Below the pieces are notes generated by a model, which made no database searches, was not told the origin of the DNA, and worked only from the letters and a program-made list of their open reading frames with translations. From an uncultured Verrucomicrobiae bacterium (lineage in GTDB: Bacteria > Verrucomicrobiota > Verrucomicrobiia > Limisphaerales > Palsa-1400), in assembly GCA_963702845.1 (NCBI GenBank), contig OY969763.1, positions 1,952,001-2,016,000 on the forward strand: a DNA stretch of 64,000 nucleotides, in the 5' to 3' direction. Position numbers and translations under genes: made by a program. Numbering within the stretch: position 1 is the first letter of the stretch; the number at the start of each line of letters is the position of its first letter. Positions 22,301 to 31,104 of the stretch are shown here, in pieces.

Positions 22301-22994
22301 CTATCGCTTCTACGCCCCGAGCACTGGAAAGTGGATCAGCCGAGACCAGCTTGGAGAACGAGGCAGTGCAAACCTGTTTGGATTTGTAAGAAATCAGCCG
22401 ACCGGTCGAATCGATGGCCGTGGGCATGTCGATCTAGGTTTTCAAAATAATCGGTATCCAGTAGGAGGTTGCAATGGTAATATGACAGTTGGTTGGAATG
22501 TTGGTTGGATTGTGCCTTCGGACAGCCCTGCAGGATTTGTAATTCAGAAGATAGACTGGAGCTTCGAAGTTTATACTTGTCCCCATGGTATAGATGGGGA
22601 GCACCAACTAACCGACGAGGAAATCTGGGGGGAAACCGGTAATGAGGGCGATCCTGTGTATCATTTCTGGGAGTCCTGGCAGTACAATGGAGACAACACT
22701 TGGAATTCGAGACCAACGGATGAATGGAAATTTGTCGGTCTTCACAATAGATACAGGGGAATTATTACAATTACTGGTTCCGCTGCATTTTATGAAGGAA
22801 CCGATTTAAGTAGTTTTGGTGGGGACTGGGGGGATACCAAGAGTCCTTTGAGTAACGGACTTTTCGCAACTATAGTTCCGCCCAATCTACCAGAGACCGA
22901 TTCGAGTATCCAGCGTAAGTTGGTCATTGCGTGGAATGCCTGCCAATGTGATGAGTGCAACCAGACCGAACTCTGGTGGTTTGCAATGTTTTGA
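16371..22994 (+). CDS. RHS/YD-repeat polymorphic toxin 1 with N-terminal signal peptide
   Basis: YD repeats; core end YEYGPFGE...RFSTKYTD.ETDLVYYGYRFY....GKWISRD; IDGRG cleavage-site variant; ~185-aa variable tip. Confidence 0.93.
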   Translation: MRKTGRTNTYDDLYMKALSLLNISLILKKQKLPTSLCYLLTFLTFLVLLPKADAQSCSSTGLTLGAYVQYQTVYLDRSKCGFAEYTNMDLPRIHIYHQQRIIGDYSFHYTNDYTQSETDSGSSDSSEQWEIWPGTYSKHQTATKNFDFTETINLHITSGETDFCFPTNTCEGSGSFNCTIDDGRSNVWQNSIATSTTSWDSYHYTSSESSSVSTNDWSLGHCDVGWAFIGPFTEINHYLLYHTRTYGTDGYDNDSTNVDTGTDCVIAHRSLTQIIDPTNAVSDLSVTNTSLPPLCDSCSSDTFVDATHDVNTYVLSLEYTDVELSNNIVGYMPDFSGSWVTPNGEGNDFYITTAYSMIDGDHIHGRWQPTQENGVDAEMQKMKYRIVIPNTKATKRYEVSWDLITYDFTTGVVETVPRKVSIDGTGGSDPIYAGEEIVSPPHWDDSREFFGGVVATWVDNLAISEMSEGLAGAGPGSLSWSGGAPGCATCGRVSAAFQRSPYGALTASFSLGRALGYGSAGNVEILARVPNPTLATPSSLLYPDGIPSTETVRDSGVLRQINAPQALVDIVTLDAFSYQLRYYLPSQVGGPSGSLHSVSGSPFVTWTIENPDASTNTYNRLQITETRGSDTHEYLYTYNPTNSVWTLTRPDNSQEEISTGFTNNVDWITFNVTNTVRSASGQIDFQEVRVYQRPMAFLAGITTNLGLIANNPQIGFLLTTNITNPGSNARITTYSYYSTNYGATISETAPGPWYHSTIPPVRYIKRSDGKWDYFAYNAQNVTDHVTPFGDAAPPTSGAPSYSTSRHTVYSEFDGGDFLTYAQDTVQEDKAHWTTHISFTTNLSPGVHFYGETDGTQNYHTITGYFTNGFNAGRLQSVQKPDGTLTLYAYDIAADATQTNTVWSGAPNSDKTAVVDGTKTVTIMGPVGQIISYTQNDIRSGITLANDVYGNYDSLSRPQLVTHMDGTTEQKYYSCCGIDYTVDRDGVTTQYYYDDAKRQVATVRNGITTSNLFDSVGRILKTVRIGTDNSQIVLGQWQYDLSGTLIRQTNALGGVTSYSESGLVRTTTNPDGGTIIETYYGDGQLKSRTGTAVHGVAYSYDVDSPGHRITTETKLTAAGVATSQAVSSYIDWLGKPTKTVYSDTSGSSIQYSYNTAGRLAQEIDFQEVTNLFGYNLKGEMTTNGIDMDGDGTIYAGGTDRLTFTTNDVVSDGVDVLRSRTYVWMTDNDDTLTLVSMSETATDGLQSWQTRYSGSGSPVTTHSQTVYSGTNRTVTVTAPDNSHTVTRYANGRLVSVTQYDSTPDQVGSMSYGYDAHGRQNKITDARNGTAVYTYNDADLVTAVTTPSPGTLGGSSQTTMTQYSKSLQVTNVIQPDNSAVTNIYLPTGEIALSYGSRTYPVGYSYDYAGRVKTMTNWSDFSSTSGTRVTTWNYDSNRGFLTSKIYADGKGTSYQYTDAGRLYVRTWARGTNTTYAYTPAGDLYSVTYDDGSTPSVTYSHDRTGRMNSVVRDGMTTTFAYDLANDVLSESYSGGVLNGLSVTNGYDALLRRTGLGALAGSSVLTSAGYSYDNASRLATVTSGSDSATYGYVANSPLVGQIAFKHGGVTKMTTTKQYDHLNRLTSISSIPTLATFEYSYNNANQRTRATLPDSYWSYQYDSLGQVTSGKKYWNDGTPVAGQQFEYNFDDIGNRNTTKAGGDQAGSNLRLAHYTNNILNQITSRDVPGYKDITGLSLVTNAVTVNGQSTYRKGEYFRNELVITNTTLPVWTNVSVAAGSQGVSGNLLAAKTPETFSYDYDGNLTNDGLWTYTWDAENRLVSMESILTVPTAAKRKLDFLYDHQGRRIQKLVSTNNGASYVGQYTNRFVYDAWNLIAEITSNNSPMRTYLWGADLSGAMRGAGGVGGLLEVSYFGSAVTNCFVAFDGNGNIRGVVDAISASSIASYEYGPFGEVIRATGPMAKANLLRFSTKYTDDETDLVYYGYRFYAPSTGKWISRDQLGERGSANLFGFVRNQPTGRIDGRGHVDLGFQNNRYPVGGCNGNMTVGWNVGWIVPSDSPAGFVIQKIDWSFEVYTCPHGIDGEHQLTDEEIWGETGNEGDPVYHFWESWQYNGDNTWNSRPTDEWKFVGLHNRYRGIITITGSAAFYEGTDLSSFGGDWGDTKSPLSNGLFATIVPPNLPETDSSIQRKLVIAWNACQCDECNQTELWWFAMF

Positions 22995-22998
22995 GTGT

Positions 22999-23610
22999 AT
23001 GAGATTTTTTCTCAGCTTTTTCTGTTGTGGAGTTCTCTGTTTACTCGGTTGTGCCGGTACGTCCCACCTGCAGGAACGGCAATCTCGCCGCGCCCTAGCG
23101 AAGATCGCAGACGTCCATGCGAGTACGAACGACTTGCTTTCGGCTTTGAGATCGCTTCGGGACTCTGGTTTGACAAACGAGCCGCCGCAGTTTTGGAGCG
23201 CCATCGCGAACAATCCTCAATACAGCGTGGATCACCGTAGTCGCGCAGTTCTACAGCTATTTGCTCGTCACTTCCACAGTGGAATGACGCTGGGCAACAT
23301 TGCTGAGCTTCTGAACCATCCAAGGTGGTTACACGAAAAGGACGTCCTCGTGCCAAGGGCATGGATGGGGCCATCCCCATTCGAGAGAATAGTTAACGAC
23401 GAGTATCCTTTCGTGTGGATACGTGTGATAAACTCGCCAGCCCAACGAGATAACATAGCACCGATCATCTACCTCTCGATTCGCGGAGACACACAGCGTA
23501 AGGAAGTGTTTGAATGTCTAAAAGGGAATACCAACACGTCGGTGCAAAATATTGTGGTGGATGAAATCGCCTCGCAGGAACACGTCGGCGGAAAAATTCC
23601 CCCATCATAA
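22999..23610 (+). CDS. Putative immunity lipoprotein for RHS1
   Basis: Starts 4 nt after the RHS1 stop; lipobox LLGC; unrelated to the gene after RHS2. Confidence 0.7.
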   Translation: MRFFLSFFCCGVLCLLGCAGTSHLQERQSRRALAKIADVHASTNDLLSALRSLRDSGLTNEPPQFWSAIANNPQYSVDHRSRAVLQLFARHFHSGMTLGNIAELLNHPRWLHEKDVLVPRAWMGPSPFERIVNDEYPFVWIRVINSPAQRDNIAPIIYLSIRGDTQRKEVFECLKGNTNTSVQNIVVDEIASQEHVGGKIPPS

Positions 23611-23940
23611 ACCAGTTTGGCATGACTACCAATCCGGTGCCCATACGCTACCCATAAGAGGTTGCCGCATTAGGGCGCAGCGGTCCAAAAGGCAGAACGT
23701 TTCTATCTTCAATCGTAAGCGAAAAGGGGTCGAAAAGGGGTCAGCTCCGAATGGCGCTTAGATAGTAAGGTAAGCGTCACCTGCAGCCTTTCAATTACCC
23801 ATATCTCGCGTGCATCTGTGCAGAAAATTTCCAAATGTTTGTATGTACATTGTAAAACATTTATGGTGCAAGACTGGGGATGCGAACCAAAACACCTCTG
23901 CCCTTGTGCTAACAAATCAATTCTTTAGGTTGGAAGGAAA

Positions 23941-24078
23941 GTCTGGATAGACCACGAATTGGATGGCGCGTACTTTCAAGATGTGCGTCTTGGAAAACGG
24001 CTGCGTACTTTGCTGGGCTTGATGTCCAATGGGCTCGGGCAAACTATTCCTTTGGCATGCGAGAGCCATCAGGCCACA
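23941..24078 (+). mobile_element. IS4-family (IS50/Tn5-like) transposase N-terminal remnant
   Basis: WIDHELDGAYFQDVRLGKRLRTLL...GQTIPLAC, then truncated. Confidence 0.7.
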
Positions 24079-24110
24079 CGTCGGCGCGCGGTTTTTCACT
24101 TTTGGCCACT

Positions 24111-24809
24111 TCAAGCGTCTCCGCATGCAACAAAACAGCCCCCACCATACTCGCTGCCAAGCCCGCCCCTACAATCGCTAGCTTCGCCGGCGGCTTGCTT
24201 CTGCGCATCTTCAAGTCGCTTCAGTTCGTCGTCTCTGTCTTTCTTTTGTTTCTCTGCTAATGCTTCTTTGAGTTTCTCATACTGGTCGTGACACTTGTCT
24301 ATTGAGTTGTACATTTCCATGCAAATAGCGACCGCAGCGGCAGCCTGGTTGACTGTAAGCTTTCCGGCGGTCTTATCTGCATTTATTTTGTTTTGGGTGG
24401 TATCAACTGCAGCCTTAAAGCTCGCAAGGTTCCTTTCCGCCAAATCGTATCTTATGTCTCGACCGGAAAGCGTTAGAATGCCGACAAACCCCGTTGGCGT
24501 ATCTCCTTCCAAACGCCAAAAGTTGCGGTCATCAAAACGCTGCATAATTTTGCTGAAGGGTTCCAAGTTTATTTTCTTAGCATCTGCTTCCGTCCACGGG
24601 ACTTTATAAAAAGCTCGGGTGTCATCTGGAACATCTTCCATCTTTTCAATGAAGTTATGAGCATCTGTCAGGTTGCAAGCTTTTAGCAAACCATCAAATG
24701 ATTGAAACATCTGAGGGTCAATCAAGAGGGTCCGTGTGATGGTTACGTCCAAAACTATAACTGGAGCCCCAGCGATCGTCCTTACTTCTGCCTTCCATTG
24801 GTCAGCCAT
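24111..24809 (-). CDS. Hypothetical protein with C-terminal coiled coil
   Basis: 232-aa ATG ORF preceded by AAAGGAA RBS. Confidence 0.7.
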   Translation of the reverse strand: MADQWKAEVRTIAGAPVIVLDVTITRTLLIDPQMFQSFDGLLKACNLTDAHNFIEKMEDVPDDTRAFYKVPWTEADAKKINLEPFSKIMQRFDDRNFWRLEGDTPTGFVGILTLSGRDIRYDLAERNLASFKAAVDTTQNKINADKTAGKLTVNQAAAAVAICMEMYNSIDKCHDQYEKLKEALAEKQKKDRDDELKRLEDAQKQAAGEASDCRGGLGSEYGGGCFVACGDA

Positions 24810-25031
24810 ATTATTTCCTTTCGGGTTGAGATTTTAAGCCTAGATAATTGACATTTTGGGCTTTGGCGCGGCAAGACTGGCCCTCGCCGGACCATCTGTC
24901 AACTTGGGACTACTCAAGAAGGAGGCCTATCGCTAAATTTTCCCAATTCTCGAAGTTTGTTACAACAACGTTCGATGTTAAAGTAATACCTCCCGCAATT
25001 AGATCGATCGCTGTTATCTTTGTTTTGCGAA

Positions 25032-25598
25032 TTATTTTCCGGGAAGATTAGGCAGGATTATACCCCGCTCACTTGCAGTTATAGGAGAGATGACGAGAAC
25101 AGCCATTGTCAATTCTGTGAGGTCCTTAACATGATCCTTGCCTACCCATACCGTCGTTTTGCCGTAATGTCCAGAAACAGCATCAGGCGGTGGCGGACCG
25201 CAATGAATCCAAGCATTCGTTGCGGCCTTCGAGTATACCTTGGTCAAAAGATTAAATAGGTTGCCGCTATCAGTTTCAGGCACGACCGTCCAAGACTCTT
25301 GCCAATTCCGAGTTCCAGACAATGTTGCTGTTCCGCTTGATGGGCTAGCCCAAGTGCCTGCCAGCGTTGGATTGGCGGTATCACTTATCTGGACGATGCC
25401 TTGGGTTAATTTTAAGTGCCAAGGAAGCGCGCCAGGTCGTTCTCGCTGCAGCGCCACATTGTCAAGGACCATTCTGTACTCTAGGTCTGTAAACGTTGAT
25501 CCTACGGCCAATGTGCTTTTCTTCAGTTGCATCGACGTGCAGCCGCACACCGCTAGAGATAACACCACATATAACCACCACACCTGATTCATTTTCAT
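25032..25598 (-). CDS. Hypothetical lipoprotein
   Basis: Hydrophobic N-terminus ending LAVCGC. Confidence 0.7.
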   Translation of the reverse strand: MKMNQVWWLYVVLSLAVCGCTSMQLKKSTLAVGSTFTDLEYRMVLDNVALQRERPGALPWHLKLTQGIVQISDTANPTLAGTWASPSSGTATLSGTRNWQESWTVVPETDSGNLFNLLTKVYSKAATNAWIHCGPPPPDAVSGHYGKTTVWVGKDHVKDLTELTMAVLVISPITASERGIILPNLPGK

Positions 25599-25651
25599 TG
25601 ATACCTTTTCGTCATTTGCGTGTAGAATAGCCGCCTAAGTTTCTGTCTTTG

Positions 25652-26401
25652 TTAACTGGTCACCAATCCAAGATCATTCTTCAAAGTTGCCAAGTCCAAG
25701 CCTTGTGGTGCGGTTCCGAGCGTCTTACTAATCCAGTCTTCGCTTAAAACCGCATATGCTTCGTCTGCATAAGCATGGTAAAACGGCCAACTCATCACTT
25801 TTAGTGCACCCCAAGTTACGACATACAAATTCCTTTGATCGTAGCCGACGGCGGGAATGCAGTGTCCCTTTTGAGGATTTGGTGCGGCGTCTCCAACCGC
25901 ACCTTGCGGGGGGAGTTCCCACGGGACTGCTAGTGGATCAGGAACATCATCGCCGCAGGCAAAATCAGGGAGTGACACGCCGATGTAACAGCTGCCAAAC
26001 AGATAAATTGAATCTTGAACGAGAATACTATTTCGAAGTTCAAGTTGAGCGAATGCCATGATTGTATCATTGTCGATTCCGACCGCGCGCCAATATATCA
26101 AGAAGTCCAACATGCTGACACCATTGTCAGTTTTGTTGCCAACGAAGTGCTTGTAAGCAGCTATGATATCGTCAGTAGATGGTGTGACTGCGTCTCCCAC
26201 ATTTGCTGTCCATTCTTGAATCATGTGACCGGCAGCCGCGCAGGTACAGTCACCATACTTGTCATTGCCCATAATCGGCCAAGCTTGGACTGCTTTCGAA
26301 TAATCGATAGATGTGGGAGGTGGTGGCAACGACGGAGTGATATATGAGCTGAGTCGCAATGTTCTTTTGTCAAATCTCGGCGGTAGTTTTCCAAGTTTCA
26401 T
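25652..26401 (-). CDS. Papain-fold (C1-like) cysteine peptidase
   Basis: GNDKYGDCTCAAAGH...GHCIPAVGYD...VTWG Cys/His pattern. Confidence 0.8.
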   Translation of the reverse strand: MKLGKLPPRFDKRTLRLSSYITPSLPPPPTSIDYSKAVQAWPIMGNDKYGDCTCAAAGHMIQEWTANVGDAVTPSTDDIIAAYKHFVGNKTDNGVSMLDFLIYWRAVGIDNDTIMAFAQLELRNSILVQDSIYLFGSCYIGVSLPDFACGDDVPDPLAVPWELPPQGAVGDAAPNPQKGHCIPAVGYDQRNLYVVTWGALKVMSWPFYHAYADEAYAVLSEDWISKTLGTAPQGLDLATLKNDLGLVTS

Positions 26402-26711
26402 TCGATCAATCTATAATGCAACCAGCACGCGATATGTTTGACACAGCTATCCAATAACATGCAACTAAAAATCTATTAGTTAAATTGCGCGTTGCTGCGG
26501 AAAAAACCTAGCCACGCTAACCAATCTTTCTTCTGAATGCCGTTGCTGTCCCCCTGAGATAGCAATCATCAAACGCAGCTCATGCGCCTTCAATGAATCT
26601 CGGAATTCCATGAAAGTAATACGGGAAACCTCGTTGTAATCTTTCAGGCAATTCTCTAGTCCAAACTATTTGACTGTCTATTCCACTGCTGCGACTATCC
26701 CGTTTTGCTGT

Positions 26712-26987
26712 ATGAAGACCCTTGCTGATTACACTCCAGAACAACTCGAGCAGGCAATAGCTCTCAAGAAACAGATTGCAGCTCTGGAAGCACGACTTGC
26801 CACTCTTTCAGGAACTGATCGGATAAATCACAGACGCGCACCTACACAGGTCACTACGTCTACTCGAAGCATTTCTCCGAAAAAGGCGAAGCGTAAAATG
26901 AGCCCTGAAGGACGGGCCAAGATTGCAGCTGCTATGAAAGCGAGATGGGCGAAGGCGAAGGCAAAGGGGAAGAAATCTTTGACGTAG
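26712..26987 (+). CDS. Small basic nucleoid-associated-like protein
   Basis: Coiled coil followed by KRKMSPEGRAKIAAAMKARWAK. Confidence 0.75.
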   Translation: MKTLADYTPEQLEQAIALKKQIAALEARLATLSGTDRINHRRAPTQVTTSTRSISPKKAKRKMSPEGRAKIAAAMKARWAKAKAKGKKSLT

Positions 26988-27050
26988 GCTATAGTTCGAG
27001 AAACGCACTACACAGATTTGGAAGGCCCACATCGCCTCAGTTCGATGTAG

Positions 27051-27404
27051 TCATTCGCTTGCACCCATTTTCCTCAGCAATTCGACGACAGCATCTTGTT
27101 GGTAGTCGATTGCCCTCTTAAGTGGTGTGTGTCCATTCTTGTCGCGAGCGTTGATATTCGCACCCTTTGCCACCAGCGTTCGAACACCCTCTACACATCC
27201 TTCTTGAGCAGCAACATGCAATGATGTTTCGCCGGTCTTTCCTTTCAGTTCAATCTTCGCACCACTTTTAAGGAGGAATTCGATTAAATTGGTGCAACAA
27301 CGGGCAGATGCCACATGCAAAGGAGTTCGACCTCCGTCCTCTGTAATGTTTATTGCAGCCGGATTCGTCGAAATTACACGAGTGTATACAAAATATGGCT
27401 TCAT
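27051..27404 (-). CDS. Ankyrin-repeat protein (possibly N-truncated)
   Basis: GRTPLHVA, GETSLHVAA and GHTPLKRA repeats. Confidence 0.88.
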   Translation of the reverse strand: MKPYFVYTRVISTNPAAINITEDGGRTPLHVASARCCTNLIEFLLKSGAKIELKGKTGETSLHVAAQEGCVEGVRTLVAKGANINARDKNGHTPLKRAIDYQQDAVVELLRKMGASE

Positions 27405-27508
27405 TGTGGTGTGTTGATTAACTGGTAATCCAACACCTATTGTGAGCCATCAAAGCGGAGAAAAATGGGAACGCTTCTACGCATGTGATGCTTCTGTTAC
27501 GATGATTC

Positions 27509-27693
27509 CTACGGATCACTAGGAATCGGAACAAACCTCCCATCACGATTACGTTTGCGTTTCGGAACAACCGGCCGCGTTCGGATCGAAGGGAAAGCGT
27601 TTGAAGATAGATAATGATGGATCGATTCTCTTCCAGATGGTTCTAAGCGCTATTTTCAACGTTTTAGTTCGATCTTCGTCCAAGTCCCGCTCC
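27509..27693 (-). repeat. Orphan recombinase-like tail, family B copy 2 (one extra base at ~27571)
   Basis: RDLDEDRTKTLKIALRTIWKRIDPSLSIFKRFPF. After indel correction it continues VVPKRKRNRDGRF, matching the copy at 34200. Confidence 0.68.
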
Positions 27694-27695
27694 GA

Positions 27696-27882
27696 TGACC
27701 ATGGAAATATCGTTTTGACCTGGCAATCGACTCCGGGGCGCATTTATCAACTCTCCGCCACAACGAATCTAGACGGCGTCGGTAAGCCGATTCTTGCAAC
27801 GAATGCTTTTAGCACTGTGATTACGTCGATTACAAAGTCAGTAAAATTCTTTCGCTGGCTAGGCAGTAAGAACGTCGAATAG
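27696..27882 (+). pseudogene. 3' fragment of a secreted-protein gene (LTW...Y.L..TNL...FFR C-terminal domain)
   Basis: GNIVLTWQSTPGRIYQLSATTNL...KFFR begins right at the tail boundary; no 5' part is present. Confidence 0.5.
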
Positions 27883-28204
27883 TTCGTCGCTGCCTGATCC
27901 TCCTAAGGCGTTGTCGCAACTGCTAATTGCAGCTGACTTGTACTGCCACTAATCTCGGAGCCTCCGCCGACAGCAGCTGCTTTGGGGTAAGCGTCATCGG
28001 AGAATCGAACATATCCAAGAATGTGTGCAAATTTGTTGAAAGAATCATCTGAATTGTTCGTAATCATGTTAAGACGGTCGAAACGATGTGCAGATTGCTG
28101 GACGAGACTGAGACTCGGATGCGAAGATCCAAAACGCTGTGAACAGCTATCCGAGTTGTTGGGGCGGCCTGTCACTAACCACACAAACCACAAGAATTGA
28201 TAAT

Positions 28205-29488
28205 ATGAGCAAGAAAACACGTCCTGATAACGAAAATATGGTACTAACGCCCGGCGGACGCCGCCCGAAAGAAAACGTACAGAGCGTCGCTCCTCATGAG
28301 ATTGTCGATCTTAGCCAATTGAAGGGTGTCGGCGTTCAACGTCGGCAACTCTCGCTCGAATCAATAAAAGCAGCATCAACAACTCGAGTTCTCACTCCCG
28401 GAGGTTTTCGCCACCCGTCGCTGGTTCATCCCGTCGAATCCGGGCACAGAATCCAGTTAGCGGATGCGAAGATAAATGTACTGGACCAGCATGCTAAGAA
28501 AGTGGCTGAAATCGATAAAGGCGCAGTTGCAAACCAAGAGATTCCTGGACTAGGGACTGGCTGGATTGCGTATTGTTATTGGGTGAACACCACGGGCAAT
28601 CCTGTTACTTCGTTTCGCACAACCTGGATCGTGCCGCCCGCACCTTCACAACAAGAAAGCCAAACTATTTTTTTGTTCAACGGCATTGATCCGCAAAATC
28701 CGTCGCAAGGGATATTGCAGCCGGTACTCCAATGGGGGACTTCGGCTGCGGGCGGAGGCAGCTATTGGTCGGCAGCAAGTTGGTATGTGACAGGCGACGG
28801 TCATGCCTTTCACACACCGCTCGTGCCCGTCAATGAAGGTGATGTGCTCGTGGGCGCCATGCGATTGGTCGGCGGAGCTAACGGACTTTTCACATACGCT
28901 TGCGAGTTTGAAGGCCTCGCGAACTCGACACTCACGATAGATAACCTTCCAGAATTGGTTTGGCTCAACCAGACGCTCGAAGCCTACGAGATCAATCAAT
29001 GTGGAGATTATCCAAACACGATATTTACGGCATTTCGCAACATCGAAATTGAAACAGGAAAAGGCGCTCCGATTGTTAGTTGGACGCCTGTCAATCAGGT
29101 GACGGATTGCGGTCAGCACGCCACTGTCATAAATAATTCGTCAACAGGCGGTGAAGTGAACATCTATTATACAAACCGAACCGTAAAAATTCCGGTAGAA
29201 CAGATCGCGGCTGGAATGAAGATTCTTATCGGGGTTACGAATGACGGAAGTGGCATTGCCATACTTTCAAACGGACAAATAATTCATATTCAATCCGGTG
29301 GGCCCGGCGATCCTGTTCTCAGTCAAATTATGACCGCCGTTGGCGAGATTGCAGCCGGGATTGCCACGCAACAACTGTCAAATACGATTGCGGAATCGAA
29401 ACTGCGGGAAACGGTAAAATCAGCGGGTAGAGAAGTTATTGTCGGCGCGCTAGAACGGACGCTAAAAACGTTAAAAAATGTCATTTGA
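28205..29488 (+). CDS. Hypothetical protein, possible G1/glutamic-peptidase-like beta-sandwich
   Basis: FRTTWIVPPAP, IFLFNGI, ILQPVLQWG, TLEAY motifs; duplicated VLTPGG segment in a pro-like region. Confidence 0.55.
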   Translation: MSKKTRPDNENMVLTPGGRRPKENVQSVAPHEIVDLSQLKGVGVQRRQLSLESIKAASTTRVLTPGGFRHPSLVHPVESGHRIQLADAKINVLDQHAKKVAEIDKGAVANQEIPGLGTGWIAYCYWVNTTGNPVTSFRTTWIVPPAPSQQESQTIFLFNGIDPQNPSQGILQPVLQWGTSAAGGGSYWSAASWYVTGDGHAFHTPLVPVNEGDVLVGAMRLVGGANGLFTYACEFEGLANSTLTIDNLPELVWLNQTLEAYEINQCGDYPNTIFTAFRNIEIETGKGAPIVSWTPVNQVTDCGQHATVINNSSTGGEVNIYYTNRTVKIPVEQIAAGMKILIGVTNDGSGIAILSNGQIIHIQSGGPGDPVLSQIMTAVGEIAAGIATQQLSNTIAESKLRETVKSAGREVIVGALERTLKTLKNVI

Positions 29489-29867
29489 TAAAGCGCTAAG
29501 CATTGCGCAATAGCGCAACGACGACCTTCAGCCACAACTGCAGGCTCGCCTTGATCAGCTCTCCACAGGGTTGATCGGCCAGAAGGCAAACCCCTTTGAG
29601 CGTCGGCTATAAACACTGTGGCTCAAAGAGCGGCTTTGGTCCTGGCCAGCGGCGACCCTGACGCAACGATCGGTTTAACAGACGCAGACTCATGGTTGTT
29701 TGCTCGGTAACAATGAATATGACGCAACGAATTATCGACCGCTTAGTCAAACTCCGAACCCTTTATCCCTTTTTCTTGAGGCAACTCGCCTCAGCAAATT
29801 TGTCAAAATTCAGTTGTGACGGAGATGTCGATTTTTAAGAATTCTCAACCGGCCGTATACTTCTTGC

Positions 29868-30905
29868 ATGGCCGGCGATGAAAAACAGCTAACCAAAAAT
29901 CAGCACTACGTTCCGCAGTTTTACTTGCGGAAGTTTTTGAACGGCAGCAATCAAGTTGAGATACTAGACTGCCGTCGCAAAAAAATTATCACCCCGCGGG
30001 GCACAAAAGGGATCTGTTGTGAGGACTTTTTTTACGGACTGGAAACTGGTGCACAGGATGAGATAAGCCAGCACGTAGAAGATGGTTTCCAGCAAATCGA
30101 ACATCGGATTTCCACCGGGATTGACCCAATCATTGCAAAGCTACTCAACGGTTCGGCGATTTCGGATGCTGAAAAATGGACGGTCGGGCTCCTCATGAGC
30201 ATGCTATGGATGCGCGGTCCAGAAATGCGAACGCAGATCAATGAAATGTCAGAGAAGGTGATGAAGGACATCAATGCACTTCAGTTCGGTTCCCAATTCG
30301 CGGATCAAATATTTGATAAATTCGACAAAGACACGGGCCGCGTTACGACTTCCGAAATGAGAGAGAAGATAAAAAGAACGATGGTTGATAAAAATTATTC
30401 GCTTCAGTTCAGCAACCAGCAGCATTTAATGATGCTTAACAGTATTGAAAATTTTGCGAATTTGTTCTTTGGACAGCACTGGACGGTATTTATTTCTAAG
30501 CTCGAGAAGAAGTTTGTCACCTCAGATAACCCAGTCGTTGTAACATTTCCGGCACGCAAGGGATTCTTCGGGCCAACATTCCTTGAACGCATTCATTATT
30601 TCGCGCTGACTCCCGACATTTTGATCAAGGCGGTATACCCGCATAATCTGAAAGGTAAAAAATTGAAAAGAAAGACCCTCTTTCAAGGAGATGATCTGAT
30701 GGTGCTCGACCTCAATATTCGAGTCGCGGGACGCGCCCGTGATTACGCGTATGCTCGAGATAGACAGGGTCTGGAAGACATTCTAACCGAAGTTAAACGG
30801 CAAGATGAACTGTTTGCAACACCACAAGGACAGATTCTCAAGAAGATGCTTGAAGAGAAAAAAGATTTGAGCGAAATGCCTCCATCAAAGGCCAGACATA
30901 AGTAA
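29868..30905 (+). CDS. DUF4238-family protein
   Basis: QHYVPQFYLRKF at the N-terminus and FVTSDNPV. Confidence 0.85.
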   Translation: MAGDEKQLTKNQHYVPQFYLRKFLNGSNQVEILDCRRKKIITPRGTKGICCEDFFYGLETGAQDEISQHVEDGFQQIEHRISTGIDPIIAKLLNGSAISDAEKWTVGLLMSMLWMRGPEMRTQINEMSEKVMKDINALQFGSQFADQIFDKFDKDTGRVTTSEMREKIKRTMVDKNYSLQFSNQQHLMMLNSIENFANLFFGQHWTVFISKLEKKFVTSDNPVVVTFPARKGFFGPTFLERIHYFALTPDILIKAVYPHNLKGKKLKRKTLFQGDDLMVLDLNIRVAGRARDYAYARDRQGLEDILTEVKRQDELFATPQGQILKKMLEEKKDLSEMPPSKARHK

Positions 30906-31104
30906 TGAACGTTCAGTTTCGGGCGTTTCGTGGAATCCTGGCGAATCTTCCTTTGTGTCCGCGTTCACGTTCAGGAACGATTGGTGCATATTTTTTGAAT
31001 GGATAACGCTGAAAAACAGGGGAGTGTGGATCCATTTCTTTCCATATCTTTGCCAAGGCTATTGCCAACCTCTTGGTGCAATCCGGCGTCATTTAATCAG
31101 TTAT

